A DNA stretch of 64,000 nucleotides. Origin: a virus. The translations under genes were made by a program, and so were the position numbers. The notes below the pieces were generated by a model that saw nothing but the letters and a program-made list of their open reading frames with translations, had not been told where the DNA came from and did not search any database. The stretch covers positions 15,598 through 79,597 of IMG/VR virus record IMGVR_UViG_3300047673_000554. The stretch is one strand, 5' to 3'. Below are positions 45,389-55,309 of this stretch, piece after piece. Numbering within the stretch: the stretch's first letter is position 1; each line of letters begins with the position of its first letter.

Positions 45389-47367
45389 CCGCCTACCCCC
45401 ATCGCGACCATGTTTTCCAGCTCCAACGGGGTCAGCGGCTTGGCGGTGTGGATGTTCACGTTTTCAACGTGGGTGCCCTTGTTCTGGCTGTTGGTGTTCT
45501 GAATGCTGGTCAGCAACCCGCCCGGGGGCACGGCAGAGGCCCGCGACGGTGAAAGGCTGGGGATTGCCGCATTGATGGTCTGCTGGGTTTTCTGCGCGGT
45601 GCTGGCGGCGTTGGCCGCACTAATCGCCGCGTCGACACCGGGCACTTCCGGCATGCCGCCAAAACGCGCTTCGATGTTCACACCCGGGATGCTGTTGATC
45701 ATCTCGATCAGGCTGTTGATGGATTTGTAAAAGACGCTGACGATGCTGTCCCACGCGCCCTTGGCCATGCTCGACCAGCCGCCCATGGAGCCGAACCAGT
45801 CGGACAGCGTTTTGAACTGGTCACTGACCCACTTGAAGGCCTCGCTGTTGAGCAGCGCGGCGGTCCATTCGTCCCAGTAGTAGACGGCGGCAATGACCAG
45901 CGCGACCAGGGCGGCAATCCCCATCACCACGACGCCGATCGGGTTGGCAGTCAGGGCAAAGTTGACCAGCCAGATCGCGCCCTGCCACAGCATCATGGCG
46001 CCCCGAATGACAGCCAGGCCGGCGCTCAGGCCATAGATCACGCCGGTATAGGCCAGGATGGCCAGCTTTTGTAGGACGAAACCTGCAGCGGTGCGCAGAT
46101 TGAGCAGCTGCACCACTTTCCACACCGTGACCAACCCAAGCCAAGTGGTCCTGGCGATTCCGACCACAAGGGTGAGCAACGACATGCTGGCCACAATGCC
46201 CAGAACAGTCAGCGTGGTGATGCCGATCACGCGGGTGATATTCGGAAAAATCTGCGTCCAGCGCGTAAGGGTTTTCCCGATACCCACCAGCTTATCCATG
46301 AGAGGCGCCAGGATCGGAATCAGCACCTGGCCGAAGGCAATACGCAACGCCTCGACGGCAGCGGCGAACTGTTGCCACGGATCGACCATGGCTTTGGCCA
46401 TGTTCTCGGCGTTCTCCAGGCCTCGGACTTTGCCCAGTTGGTCCATGCCGTTGCGCAGGCGATCAGTGTCCTTGGTCAATGCGGTGATGACGCGGGCGCC
46501 CTCCCCGCCAAAGGCTTCGATCAGCTTGGCGCCGGTACTCGCGCTGTTCAGGTCGCCAAACTTGCCTTCCAGCTTGCCGAGGATGTCGAGCATCGGTAGC
46601 AACTTGCCGTTCTGGTCGACGAACTTCATCCCCAGCTTTTCCGAAGCCCCGCCGATGTTTTCGAAAAATGATTTGTAGATGCCGCCAGCGTCCCCGCCTT
46701 CCATGGTGCTGCTGAGTGAGCCGATCACCGCGAACTGCTCGGCCAGGTCCACACCGGCAGTGGTGGCGATCGAGCCGACTTCCTTGAACGCGTCCTTCAA
46801 CTGCGCGCCGTCGGTACGGAACAACTGCACTGCCAGCGCCGTTTGGCCGCCGAGTTTCTCCACCCACTCGCCCTTGCCCATGGCGTCGGCCTGGCCTTTG
46901 AACAGGTTGTACATGGTGCCCACGTAGTGCCCCATTGTTTCGGCGTCGGTCCGGGTCGCCTTGGCCATCACGTCAGAGGCATTGGTGAACACCGCCAACT
47001 GGTTGCCGGTCAGTCCCTTGATGGCGCCCTCAACGGTGGTCGCCGAGGCGACAAAGTCCCGGGCGCTTTCGCCGTAGGTAACCGAAAATTCCAACGCCTT
47101 CTGATTGAGCGCGGACAACGCATCTTCGGCCACGCCCAGCGAGCGGACCTCGCCCAAGGCGCGGTTCACTTCCAGCGCCGGCGCCAAAGACTCGGTAATG
47201 GCCACACCGGCACCGACCAGGCCACCCAGCCCCAAGCCCATCGTCTTGATGTTTTTTTCGCTCTTTTCGGCAAGGTCGGAAAACCCCATTTTCACTTTAC
47301 CCAGGGGCGCGGTGACCTTGTCGGTCAGACTCAAGATGAAGGCCAGGCGAGCAGCGCGGTCAGCCAT
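45385..47367 (-). CDS. Tail tape measure protein
   Basis: LSLTDKVTAPL start, ANPIG motif, Ala/Gly-rich. Confidence 0.92.
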   Translation of the reverse strand: MADRAARLAFILSLTDKVTAPLGKVKMGFSDLAEKSEKNIKTMGLGLGGLVGAGVAITESLAPALEVNRALGEVRSLGVAEDALSALNQKALEFSVTYGESARDFVASATTVEGAIKGLTGNQLAVFTNASDVMAKATRTDAETMGHYVGTMYNLFKGQADAMGKGEWVEKLGGQTALAVQLFRTDGAQLKDAFKEVGSIATTAGVDLAEQFAVIGSLSSTMEGGDAGGIYKSFFENIGGASEKLGMKFVDQNGKLLPMLDILGKLEGKFGDLNSASTGAKLIEAFGGEGARVITALTKDTDRLRNGMDQLGKVRGLENAENMAKAMVDPWQQFAAAVEALRIAFGQVLIPILAPLMDKLVGIGKTLTRWTQIFPNITRVIGITTLTVLGIVASMSLLTLVVGIARTTWLGLVTVWKVVQLLNLRTAAGFVLQKLAILAYTGVIYGLSAGLAVIRGAMMLWQGAIWLVNFALTANPIGVVVMGIAALVALVIAAVYYWDEWTAALLNSEAFKWVSDQFKTLSDWFGSMGGWSSMAKGAWDSIVSVFYKSINSLIEMINSIPGVNIEARFGGMPEVPGVDAAISAANAASTAQKTQQTINAAIPSLSPSRASAVPPGGLLTSIQNTNSQNKGTHVENVNIHTAKPLTPLELENMVAMGVGG

Positions 47368-47373
47368 GTTTTT

Positions 47374-47568
47374 TTATCCGTTCAGTGCATGAGCGATGCC
47401 GTTAGCCACGGCGATTTCCATGCGTCTCCAGTGTTCGTCCTCCAACCACTTGGCTGCGCCCATCACCTCGGGTGTGGGCTCAGCACCAGGCAGCCAGCGA
47501 CTGGACAAGGTCATCAGTTGACCAAGCCCGTCTTCACTCAGGCGCTCAGCGTGCTCGAGTGCTTTTTT
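47374..47568 (-). CDS. -1 frameshift extension of tail assembly chaperone (gpT-like)
   Basis: A AAA AAG slippery site at 47562-47568 opens a -1 frame to TAA at 47374. Confidence 0.75.
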   Translation of the reverse strand, partial: KKALEHAERLSEDGLGQLMTLSSRWLPGAEPTPEVMGAAKWLEDEHWRRMEIAVANGIAHALNG

Positions 47569-47825
47569 ACGATGATTTCAACGTCCGGCGCGTACTCCTC
47601 GAGCAGCGCACCGGCGATCTGCATCGTCATCACCGGGTTGGCCAGCAGCGTGCGCAGCTCGGTGCGTTGATCGGGCGCCACGGTGTTGCTGAGCAGGTTG
47701 TGCGACGGCGACACCTTGTTGTTGGCGGTCATCGCGTTGAAGTACTTGGTCACGTCCTGCGGGGTCATGGAGAAGGTGAATTCTTTGTCGCCGACTTCCA
47801 GGGTGATATCGCGTTTCTCGGTCAT
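47538..47825 (-). CDS. Tail assembly chaperone (gpG-like)
   Basis: Upstream of tape measure; NKVSPSHNLL. Confidence 0.8.
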   Translation of the reverse strand: MTEKRDITLEVGDKEFTFSMTPQDVTKYFNAMTANNKVSPSHNLLSNTVAPDQRTELRTLLANPVMTMQIAGALLEEYAPDVEIIVKKHSSTLSA

Positions 47826-47856
47826 CTCGTTGTTCCATTCAGGTTTAAAGGTGAGG

Positions 47857-48324
47857 TCAGCGCAGGCAGATCCGGCGCACGTGGTCCTGCAGGCCCAGGA
47901 TCATTTGCCGACTCAGGGCAAGCTGATTTCTGAGGGTGAAATAATCCGATCGAGCGTCTGCTGTGAGTTCGGCGGTGCCTGCATTAGCCACGCGGCCGGC
48001 GTCGGGTTGGGCGGGCGTTGCGGTGCTGCAGGTGGCGGCGAGGCGCAGCCGCTGACGGCCATCGTCAACAGAGCGGCGCAGGTCATCGTTTTGATTGAGC
48101 GCATGGCTCAGCTCCTGGGTACGTTGAAGATCGATCGCATCGCGGTCGGCCAACATCTCACCGCTGATGCGGGCCGCTTCGCGCAGGCCTGTAACCTCAC
48201 GCTGCACGTCGTCGCGTTCGCGGCGAGCGGTCTCGAGCTGATCGATCACCTGGTCAAACGCGACCCAGACCAGCAGCCCGGACAGCAGAAGAAAAAGGAC
48301 GAGGCGCAACGGTGGAATGGTCAT
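47857..48324 (-). CDS. i-spanin Rz
   Basis: N-terminal TM, coiled coil, GRQRLRLAATC...LQDHVRRIC. Confidence 0.88.
   Translation of the reverse strand: MTIPPLRLVLFLLLSGLLVWVAFDQVIDQLETARRERDDVQREVTGLREAARISGEMLADRDAIDLQRTQELSHALNQNDDLRRSVDDGRQRLRLAATCSTATPAQPDAGRVANAGTAELTADARSDYFTLRNQLALSRQMILGLQDHVRRICLR
47913..48104 (-). CDS. o-spanin Rz1 lipoprotein embedded in Rz
   Basis: Lipobox VSGC followed by Pro-rich segment, alternate frame within Rz. Confidence 0.85.
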   Translation of the reverse strand: MRSIKTMTCAALLTMAVSGCASPPPAAPQRPPNPTPAAWLMQAPPNSQQTLDRIISPSEISLP

Positions 48325-48848
48325 TGCGCGCACAGGCTCGCTTCCGCCAGGCGCCGTGCATGCAGTCCGCGAACAAACTGTTTGCGGCCCTGGGCGTCGG
48401 TAACAAAAGCCCACACCGGTGTTTTGCCATCCGGGGCCCAGGCCATCGCCTTGCAGCCGTCCGCAATGCGTCCGGCGTTGATCAGGCCGACCGCACGACT
48501 GGCGCACGTCGTCGGCACGCCGAAGTTATGCGCGTGGCTGCTCAGCGCGTCGAAGGTGTTCTGCCCCACTTGCTGATTGGTGATGCAGTCAGCCAGCTGC
48601 AGTTGCCCTTTCACGATCACCAGCTGCTCCACCTGGTCACAGCGAGCGTCCGACCAGAAGTCACCGATCACGACCGGATAAGGGCTGGTGTGGCGAGTGA
48701 TGCCTTTGCACACCGTCGGCAGTCCCCGGGCCAACTGGTCGGGGTAGACCACGTTCTGGCCCTCTCCTTCCCATTGGCCTAGAAAACCGAGTAAGGAAGC
48801 GCTGACCAGCGCAATGGCGCCGGTGGCGATCTTGGTGCGCAGGTTCAT
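48321..48848 (-). CDS. Endolysin, T4-lysozyme family (SAR-type N-terminus)
   Basis: WEG...YPD...TVCKG (E-D-T triad), N-terminal weakly hydrophobic anchor. Confidence 0.88.
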   Translation of the reverse strand: MNLRTKIATGAIALVSASLLGFLGQWEGEGQNVVYPDQLARGLPTVCKGITRHTSPYPVVIGDFWSDARCDQVEQLVIVKGQLQLADCITNQQVGQNTFDALSSHAHNFGVPTTCASRAVGLINAGRIADGCKAMAWAPDGKTPVWAFVTDAQGRKQFVRGLHARRLAEASLCAQ

Positions 48849-49051
48849 AACTTGCCCTTCCAGTCGCGCAGCATCTGACGGTACTTGGGGACCAGCAGCA
48901 CGATCTGCAGCACCATGTAGAGCGCGGTCAGCATGTAGGCTACCGCTGACCAGTCGATGGCCCCTGTCACACCGGTAGCGGCCACGCCGATTGCCGGTGA
49001 TGCCTTGAGGAATACAATGGCGGTGTCTTGAGCGGCCTGATTCGTGCTCAT
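48845..49051 (-). CDS. Holin
   Basis: Small hydrophobic ORF before endolysin. Confidence 0.7.
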   Translation of the reverse strand: MSTNQAAQDTAIVFLKASPAIGVAATGVTGAIDWSAVAYMLTALYMVLQIVLLVPKYRQMLRDWKGKL

Positions 49052-49260
49052 CGGCGAGCCTCTTTTTCAAAAGTTGACTGGCATGGCACGCAACGCAAGA
49101 TCCCGCCAAGCGCCTGGCGCGCAGCTGGAATCTCGTTGTCGCAGTCATCGCAATGGGACCGGCTCGGCCCCGATGGCCGCGGTTTGGCGAGCTGGGCAGC
49201 GATTGAACGCTCACGCTCCAGCTCCTCGATCGCTTTGGCGTTGTCGAGCCAGTCCCCCAT
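49048..49260 (-). CDS. TraR/DksA C4 zinc-finger protein
   Basis: CDDC..EIPAARQ...CVPCQ. Confidence 0.88.
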   Translation of the reverse strand: MGDWLDNAKAIEELERERSIAAQLAKPRPSGPSRSHCDDCDNEIPAARQALGGILRCVPCQSTFEKEARR

Positions 49261-49709
49261 CAGCGCAGCCCCTCGATCTCGGCGGCGGCCAGGTACGGCA
49301 CGCCGTTGATGCGGATGAAGTCCGGACTGGTGACGTCAAACGGCACCTTGTGTTTGGATTTCTCGCCACCTTTCGGATCGATGCTCAACAGGCTCGAAAC
49401 CTTCAACTTGCAAGCGAACGCCTCAATACGCAGTTCCTCGTCGCCGGCCTTGGCGAAGAAAATGGAGTCAAATGGCTCGAGCTCGCGAAAGCTGCCCGCC
49501 GTGCGAGCAGCTTCGATCAGCAGGTTGAAGTTGCTGGTGTCGAACTCCATTTCCCCGCTGCCCGACACGTCGCCGTCGACGTGTCCGTTGGGTACCCCGC
49601 CGCTCTGCGCCACGGCAGTGTTGTCCGTGATATCCAGGGTGCAGCTTTCGACGTGAACCAGCAGATCGCCCAGGTTCACGTCGAAGTTCTTGCCGCCAAT
49701 ACGTGACAT
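49260..49709 (-). CDS. Tail tube protein (DUF2597, HP1-type)
   Basis: RIGGKNFD...VTSPDFIRINGVPYL. Confidence 0.85.
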   Translation of the reverse strand: MSRIGGKNFDVNLGDLLVHVESCTLDITDNTAVAQSGGVPNGHVDGDVSGSGEMEFDTSNFNLLIEAARTAGSFRELEPFDSIFFAKAGDEELRIEAFACKLKVSSLLSIDPKGGEKSKHKVPFDVTSPDFIRINGVPYLAAAEIEGLR

Positions 49710-49715
49710 AGGGGG

Positions 49716-50831
49716 TTACTCCGAATCGTCGTTGGAAAGGTCGAGGGCGATGTTGGCCGTCAGGTCTTTCGGGCAGTTGAGGGGGCGGAACTTGATGTAA
49801 ACCTCCACCCTGGTTTTGCTGTGCCACACCAGGACGATGTCGCCGTCCTTGGGTGCCTCGATCTCGCCCGGGAACACCTGGCCGGCGAACGTGGCGGACT
49901 TGGCCATCTGACGCAGGGGTTTCATGAACGCGCTGATCGCGGCGGCCATGCTGTTGGGGGTGTTGTTAAGACGACGGTCACCCACGCGACGAATCAACAA
50001 CGGACGCACCTGGCGCGCAGCCTTGTCGGCCAGACGCAGGTACTCGATCACCTGGAAGTCACTGGCCGGCGCATCGAGCATGTTGCCGTCGCCCCAAAAC
50101 ACGCCTGGGTAATCCGGGTAGGTCTGCGACACGGAGAAACGCGCCTTGTCCAGCTCGGCCCGGGTTGCCGATGGCAGCGGTACGCCTTCGACGTCAGCGG
50201 GCACCGGCCCCAAGCCCAGCACTGCACCGGACGCCACACGCATTGGGCTGTCGGCAACGCTCACGGCGGCGTTGGCCAAGCGGCCAGCCAGCACGCCCAG
50301 GTCATTGCCATGCAGTTGAGGGACGACCAGAACACGCGGCGCAGCCAGGCCGGTGGTGATCGCCCGCTGTTCGACCAGGTATTGATCCCAGGTCTGCAGC
50401 ACGGTGATGCCGGCACTCGCGGCCATGACAAAGGCCCGACGGCCATAGGTGTTGTTCAGCGCGATCGCCGCGTCATGCATGGCGGACAATTGGGCTGCCG
50501 TGGTCACCGGCTTGGTGATCACCACCGCCTCAACCGAATAGCCTTGCTGCTGGGCGTTTTCCAACGCTTCGGACCAGTCGGTGTCGGCCGCGATCGGGGC
50601 CGCCAGACAGGCCCAACGATCGCCGCCATTGAGGCGTGCGGCGATGATCTGGGTTTTCAGGTCACTGGCCGGAATGCCCAACGCGCTGTCCAGGTCACTG
50701 TCGTTGTTCAGCGGGATCAGTTGGCCGATGCTTTTCGCACCGGTGCCGATGAAAAGGAAATAGCGCTCGATCTCAGTCACGGCGCCTTGGCCCAAATTGA
50801 GATTGTTTACGCTGACTTTGCCGAGTGCCAT
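49716..50831 (-). CDS. Tail sheath protein (DUF2586, HP1-type)
   Basis: VNNLNLGQG..EIER.FLFIG, ADSPMRVASG. Confidence 0.88.
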   Translation of the reverse strand: MALGKVSVNNLNLGQGAVTEIERYFLFIGTGAKSIGQLIPLNNDSDLDSALGIPASDLKTQIIAARLNGGDRWACLAAPIAADTDWSEALENAQQQGYSVEAVVITKPVTTAAQLSAMHDAAIALNNTYGRRAFVMAASAGITVLQTWDQYLVEQRAITTGLAAPRVLVVPQLHGNDLGVLAGRLANAAVSVADSPMRVASGAVLGLGPVPADVEGVPLPSATRAELDKARFSVSQTYPDYPGVFWGDGNMLDAPASDFQVIEYLRLADKAARQVRPLLIRRVGDRRLNNTPNSMAAAISAFMKPLRQMAKSATFAGQVFPGEIEAPKDGDIVLVWHSKTRVEVYIKFRPLNCPKDLTANIALDLSNDDSE

Positions 50832-50842
50832 GCAGTGCCTCG

Positions 50843-51523
50843 CTAGCGGGGTGAATTAAGGATTTGTTGGAGCACCTGGCTCAGCAGCAAGCTGGTGTCT
50901 CGCTCGGTGCTGACGCCGATAAACCGGCGTTTGGGCAAGGTGATTTCCCAGCTCTGCGCGCCACTGCTCTCGGCTTTTTCGTCATCCAGGATGCGGATCA
51001 GCAGGCCAGCCTTGGCGTAGTTCACATGCTCTTGAATCCATGCCACGGATGGGCGTGTTAGACTCTTTTTGCCTTGTTGGCGGACCTTGAAGCCCAGCCG
51101 ACGCAGACGCTTGGCCTGCTTTTCGGTGGCGGCCAAGCCAACGGGAACGGTGTTCCATTTGCGCATTTGGGCGGCGGTGCGGCGCTCGCTGGCGCCGTTG
51201 TGTTGCTGGGCCGCGACCCAACTGGTCAGCGCGTTACGCCAACCCAGTTCGGCTTCGTCGGCACTCACGCGGGTGACCTGCATCAGCTTGGCCAGGCCGG
51301 CTTCCATCTTCTTTTTGCCTTTGCCAGAACCCTTGCGTGCCTCGAACGGCGAGCCGTCCAGGTTCTGCTGATCACGCACACGCTTACGGCTCATCGTCCG
51401 CACGCGCTTGGTGACGTTGTTCAGCAGGCGACGGCGCAGCTGTGGCGGGAGGCTGAGCAACGCCAGTTGCTCGCGCACACCCAGATAGCCCCGGGCATCG
51501 AGTTCGAAAGTGCTACGCCCCAC
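50843..51523 (-). CDS. Virion morphogenesis protein (P2 gpS-like)
   Basis: QQNLDGSPFEARK...LPKRRFIG. Confidence 0.85.
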   Translation of the reverse strand: MGRSTFELDARGYLGVREQLALLSLPPQLRRRLLNNVTKRVRTMSRKRVRDQQNLDGSPFEARKGSGKGKKKMEAGLAKLMQVTRVSADEAELGWRNALTSWVAAQQHNGASERRTAAQMRKWNTVPVGLAATEKQAKRLRRLGFKVRQQGKKSLTRPSVAWIQEHVNYAKAGLLIRILDDEKAESSGAQSWEITLPKRRFIGVSTERDTSLLLSQVLQQILNSPR

Positions 51524-51956
51524 GGCTGCCTACCTCGCCGTGTTCGGCAATCCATAGGTCGAACGGAACAAACGCCCAGGTCTTGCCGAAAGCCTCGATC
51601 TCGCCGGCTGGATCCTCGGCCAGGTATTGCGGCTCGTTGAATTTCAGGGTGATGTCGACGTCGGCCAGATCGTTGTCGAGCATGGTGATGTCGAATTTCG
51701 CCGCCGGAAGGTCGTCGCGGTCCTGGTCGTTGCCCTCGAGCCAGCTACCCACCAACGCCATCAAACGCCCCGGGTGATCAGCGAAACGCTCGAGTGCGAT
51801 CGTGGCGCTGTAACGCATGTCACCCATGCGCAGGCCGTCGAGGTCCGGTTTCCAGATCAGTTCCAGGTTCACCTGGTCGGTCCAGCTGTCGAGCTGTTCC
51901 GGCAGCACCAGGCGCCGCTCGATCAGGTAGGTGGTCAGGGCACGGAGTTTGATCAC
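51513..51956 (-). CDS. Tail completion protein (P2 gpR-like)
   Basis: Position between L and S. Confidence 0.75.
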   Translation of the reverse strand: MIKLRALTTYLIERRLVLPEQLDSWTDQVNLELIWKPDLDGLRMGDMRYSATIALERFADHPGRLMALVGSWLEGNDQDRDDLPAAKFDITMLDNDLADVDITLKFNEPQYLAEDPAGEIEAFGKTWAFVPFDLWIAEHGEVGSRGA

Positions 51957-52414
51957 AGCAACACCGCCGTGATGCGGCCACGGCCTTGGAGCGAGCGAAC
52001 GGCCTGCTGGCTGAACTCCAAGAAGGTTTCGCCACGCTCGGGCAGTTCTTTGCCGGTGTTTTCTGCACTTTCACGGCGGGTCACCGTGGCGAACTGCGTC
52101 AGCAAGCTGGCCTTGGCCCGGCAATACACGGCGCGCTTGTACGTCGCTGCGTGAAATGTGCGTTCGGGCAGCACCGTGGTGTCCGCGGATTCCACGGTGG
52201 TGACGCCCACGTTCTGCCATTGACCTTTGCGCTTGGCCAGATCGCGATTGACCTCGATCATCGCCGTGGTCAGGTCAGTGACCAGCATGTCTACCAGGTA
52301 CTCCGCCGGCAGGCGGTAACCCTTCTGAAACTCGGCCACGGAGAGGTCTGGCCAGAAGCCGTCGTTCTCGATCGCCTGTTCCACAAAGGTCGTGGGTTTC
52401 CCGGAAAAGCTCAT
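51953..52414 (-). CDS. Head completion protein (gpL)
   Basis: NDGFWPDL...YKRAVY. Confidence 0.88.
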   Translation of the reverse strand: MSFSGKPTTFVEQAIENDGFWPDLSVAEFQKGYRLPAEYLVDMLVTDLTTAMIEVNRDLAKRKGQWQNVGVTTVESADTTVLPERTFHAATYKRAVYCRAKASLLTQFATVTRRESAENTGKELPERGETFLEFSQQAVRSLQGRGRITAVLL

Positions 52415-52513
52415 TGCTGGGCACTCGAATAGGGGCGGGAAAACTGTTTCAGTGGGTCAGGCCATAAATGGTTGGCTCACATCCACAGTTTCTCGCCGGG
52501 GGGGGGTAGTCGG

Positions 52514-53227
52514 TTATTCGGCGGCTGTCACAGCCAGTTGTTTGGCCAAGGCCTTGCGAGCGCCTTCCAGGCGGGTGCCTACACCGACACCTGCGTGCAA
52601 CTCAGTGGCGCGCTCAAAGTGAGTGATGGCCTTGGCCCACTCCTTGTCATCCAGGGCACGGATACCCAGCAACTTGTGATACTTGGCTGGGATCTGTTCG
52701 GTGAGCTGCCATTCATCATCGACACGCGGTAGCAGGTCGGACACATACGGCTCAGGACTGCGACCGGCCTTCTGCTCAGCCTCGGCCCACTCGATCACCG
52801 CATCGGCGACAAAGGTCTGCACGTTGCGTTTGAAACGCTCGGGCATCGGCTGGCCTTGTTCCATGGCGAAGTCCGCCAGGTCCAGGCCCGCTTCGAACTG
52901 CTCGGTGTCGAACAGCCACACCAGGACCTGCATCACCACCGGGTTCGGGAAACTCAATCCGGAATCGCGATAGCGCTGCACGTAGTCCAGGTACTTGGGC
53001 ACCAGCTCGTCACGCTTAAGTTGTTGGCGCAATCCGAGGTTATCGATGGCGCTCAGTCGCTCGAGGTCCTGGGCCAACGCGTCTTCCATCAGCTTTAGGT
53101 GTTTTTTGGCGTTGGCTGGGCTGGCCAGCGCGGTGGCAGCGGAATACACCACCGCTACGGCACTGGCGCCTTCAACGGCGGGACCTTCGGCCTGAATGCG
53201 GCGTTTGTGCGCCAGGGCCAGGCTCAT
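52514..53227 (-). CDS. Terminase small/endonuclease subunit (gpM)
   Basis: VWLFD...MPERFKR...GVGT. Confidence 0.88.
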   Translation of the reverse strand: MSLALAHKRRIQAEGPAVEGASAVAVVYSAATALASPANAKKHLKLMEDALAQDLERLSAIDNLGLRQQLKRDELVPKYLDYVQRYRDSGLSFPNPVVMQVLVWLFDTEQFEAGLDLADFAMEQGQPMPERFKRNVQTFVADAVIEWAEAEQKAGRSPEPYVSDLLPRVDDEWQLTEQIPAKYHKLLGIRALDDKEWAKAITHFERATELHAGVGVGTRLEGARKALAKQLAVTAAE

Positions 53228-54243
53228 CAGACCAACTCCACGTTTTCAGCGGCGGCGAATTTTTCCAGCTGCTCGATCACGTAGCCTTCGTTGCGGCCGT
53301 TGTAATCCTCGACGCGGGAGCGCTTCGGGTTCTCGATCAGGTGGCGGCGCCAGCTGCTGTCCTGGAAGTAGATGGACAGGTTGTCCCAACTGGTGACGAC
53401 CACAGCGTTGACTGGGAAGTGCGGCACGGTGAAGGTCGGCAGACCGCCATAGGTCGCGATGACCTGGGCACTTTCAATGCGTTCTTTCTCGGTGGGTTTG
53501 CCCGCCTGGTTCGAATACAGCTTGGCCTTGTCACTGGCCAACAGGTCACTGCCGACGATGGCGATCAAGTCGCCGCCGTCACGGAACACGGAGTCGATCA
53601 TCTGCTTGGTGTCATGCACCAGGGCGTCTAGGTTTTCGTAATCGCCTCCGGCACCGAGGGTGATTTTCCCGGCCGTTTTACCTTCGTGCAGCACCTGCTC
53701 GGGAATCTGCTCACGGGCCAATTGCAGCCAGCCCTTGTTCACGTCCTGCAGCATCGGGCTGGTGGCCAGATTGGTCTGGATGGCGGCGGTCAAACCGTGC
53801 CAGCCGATCATGATGCGATCCAGGGCGATCTGTTTCTGCACGGCCGCCGAGTAGCGATCGGCAAAGTCCGGAAACTTCGCCCAGCTGTCGATCTTGGCGA
53901 ACGGCAGGCCGACATCCGACTCGGTGTGAAACAGCTCGTAGCCCAGGCCGTTCAGATCGGAAACGTCTTTGGCTTCGCGGTCGGTGGTCTTGGTGTTGGT
54001 GCGGCTGGTCACGGGACCATTCACGCCAAACATGACCTTTTCGCCCTTGATCTCGGTCACCGGCACTACGTTAATGCGTTCGAGGAAATCCGCACGCTCG
54101 GTGATCTTGTCGTTCAGTTCCTGAGCAATGCTCGGCTCGACATTGAACTGGCGAGAGACGTCGACACTGTAGGTCTCGGCGATCGCTTCACGCAGCGCGG
54201 CGTATTGCTTCAGAGCACGATTGCTCAAAGATTGCTGGCTCAT
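53227..54243 (-). CDS. Major capsid protein (P2 gpN)
   Basis: ALDRIMIGWHG, QDVNKGWLQ, NLSIYFQ, NEGYVIE. Confidence 0.95.
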   Translation of the reverse strand: MSQQSLSNRALKQYAALREAIAETYSVDVSRQFNVEPSIAQELNDKITERADFLERINVVPVTEIKGEKVMFGVNGPVTSRTNTKTTDREAKDVSDLNGLGYELFHTESDVGLPFAKIDSWAKFPDFADRYSAAVQKQIALDRIMIGWHGLTAAIQTNLATSPMLQDVNKGWLQLAREQIPEQVLHEGKTAGKITLGAGGDYENLDALVHDTKQMIDSVFRDGGDLIAIVGSDLLASDKAKLYSNQAGKPTEKERIESAQVIATYGGLPTFTVPHFPVNAVVVTSWDNLSIYFQDSSWRRHLIENPKRSRVEDYNGRNEGYVIEQLEKFAAAENVELV

Positions 54244-54244
54244 G

Positions 54245-55147
54245 TCACAGCACCCGCTTTTTAGTGTCAGTGGAACCGGTGGTTTTCGGCAGCGGCAGAC
54301 CGGTAGTGGTGTTGAAAGCTTTTTCCAGCAGCGCTTCGATGCGATCAAGACGCTTGCTGTCGCTGCCCTGCTTGGCGAATTCACGATCCGCTTCGGCCTG
54401 GGTAACGATCGCGTCAACGGCTGTTTCGACGTCATCGACTTCGGCAACAACCGGGTCAACGACTTCAACAGTCACGGGCTCGATCACAGCGGCGAGGCCG
54501 GTGACGACAAGGCCGAGTTGTTCGATCAAGGCCTTCAACGCCTTGGCTGTAGCTTCATCCATTGGGGGTTTGCTCTCGGTGGGAGTGGTCGTTTCGGTGG
54601 CCGTGTCGTCAACAGCGAAGCGCTTGAACAGGCGGGTCAGCAGGCTGTTCAACTTGCCGATTTCGCCCTTTGGCTCCTCATCACCCAACACGCCGAGAGG
54701 AACAGAGGCGGCGTAATGCACGGGCTCGCCGGTCTTGCGGGAAAAGTAGAGTTCCTGGGTACCCAGGCTCGCCGGCGAATCGGTCACGGCAAGGCCGGAC
54801 AGGTAGGCTTTGCCGCTGCTTGCGAAGTTCGGGGTGATTTCGATACTGGTGAACAGCTTCTCGCCCTGGTCGTTGAGGCAGAGCAGCTTGTCGTTAGGCT
54901 TAAGCTGAGCTTCCAGAGCGACTTGGCCTGGCTCCAGGCCTTCGGCGTCTTCAACCAGACGCACCGCAAAGACGGTCCCGTGAGAGCCGAACCAGCGATC
55001 GTGCTCACACCAGATCACGGCCGTGTACTTGGCTAGGTTGTAGGTCTCAGCGATATCGCGCAGTTCCTGGGGAAGGATTTCACGACCGTCAGCGGTGGTG
55101 CCGCTGGTGGCGACACGCTTCCAGAACGAAACAAGGGAACGGGGCAT
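54245..55147 (-). CDS. Capsid scaffolding protein (gpO)
   Basis: ATSGTTADGREI, YLSGLAVTDSPASLGT. Confidence 0.93.
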   Translation of the reverse strand: MPRSLVSFWKRVATSGTTADGREILPQELRDIAETYNLAKYTAVIWCEHDRWFGSHGTVFAVRLVEDAEGLEPGQVALEAQLKPNDKLLCLNDQGEKLFTSIEITPNFASSGKAYLSGLAVTDSPASLGTQELYFSRKTGEPVHYAASVPLGVLGDEEPKGEIGKLNSLLTRLFKRFAVDDTATETTTPTESKPPMDEATAKALKALIEQLGLVVTGLAAVIEPVTVEVVDPVVAEVDDVETAVDAIVTQAEADREFAKQGSDSKRLDRIEALLEKAFNTTTGLPLPKTTGSTDTKKRVL

Positions 55148-55232
55148 GGGCGATAACTGCGCTCAATCGGTGATTTGAGCCGCCACGATAGGCACCGGCC
55201 GAGCACCAAACAAACGGTTCACTTTTGCTCTG

Positions 55233-55255
55233 GTCCTATTTCGCCGATATAGGAC
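55233..55255. promoter_or_regulatory. Dyad between divergent late operons (candidate Ogr-type activator site)
   Basis: GTCCTAT-N9-ATAGGAC centred in the O/P intergenic region. Confidence 0.5.
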
Positions 55256-55309
55256 GAACACGGATTTTAACCCCGCGTTTCCAGCGTTTTCGCCGCATAG
55301 ACTGCGGCC

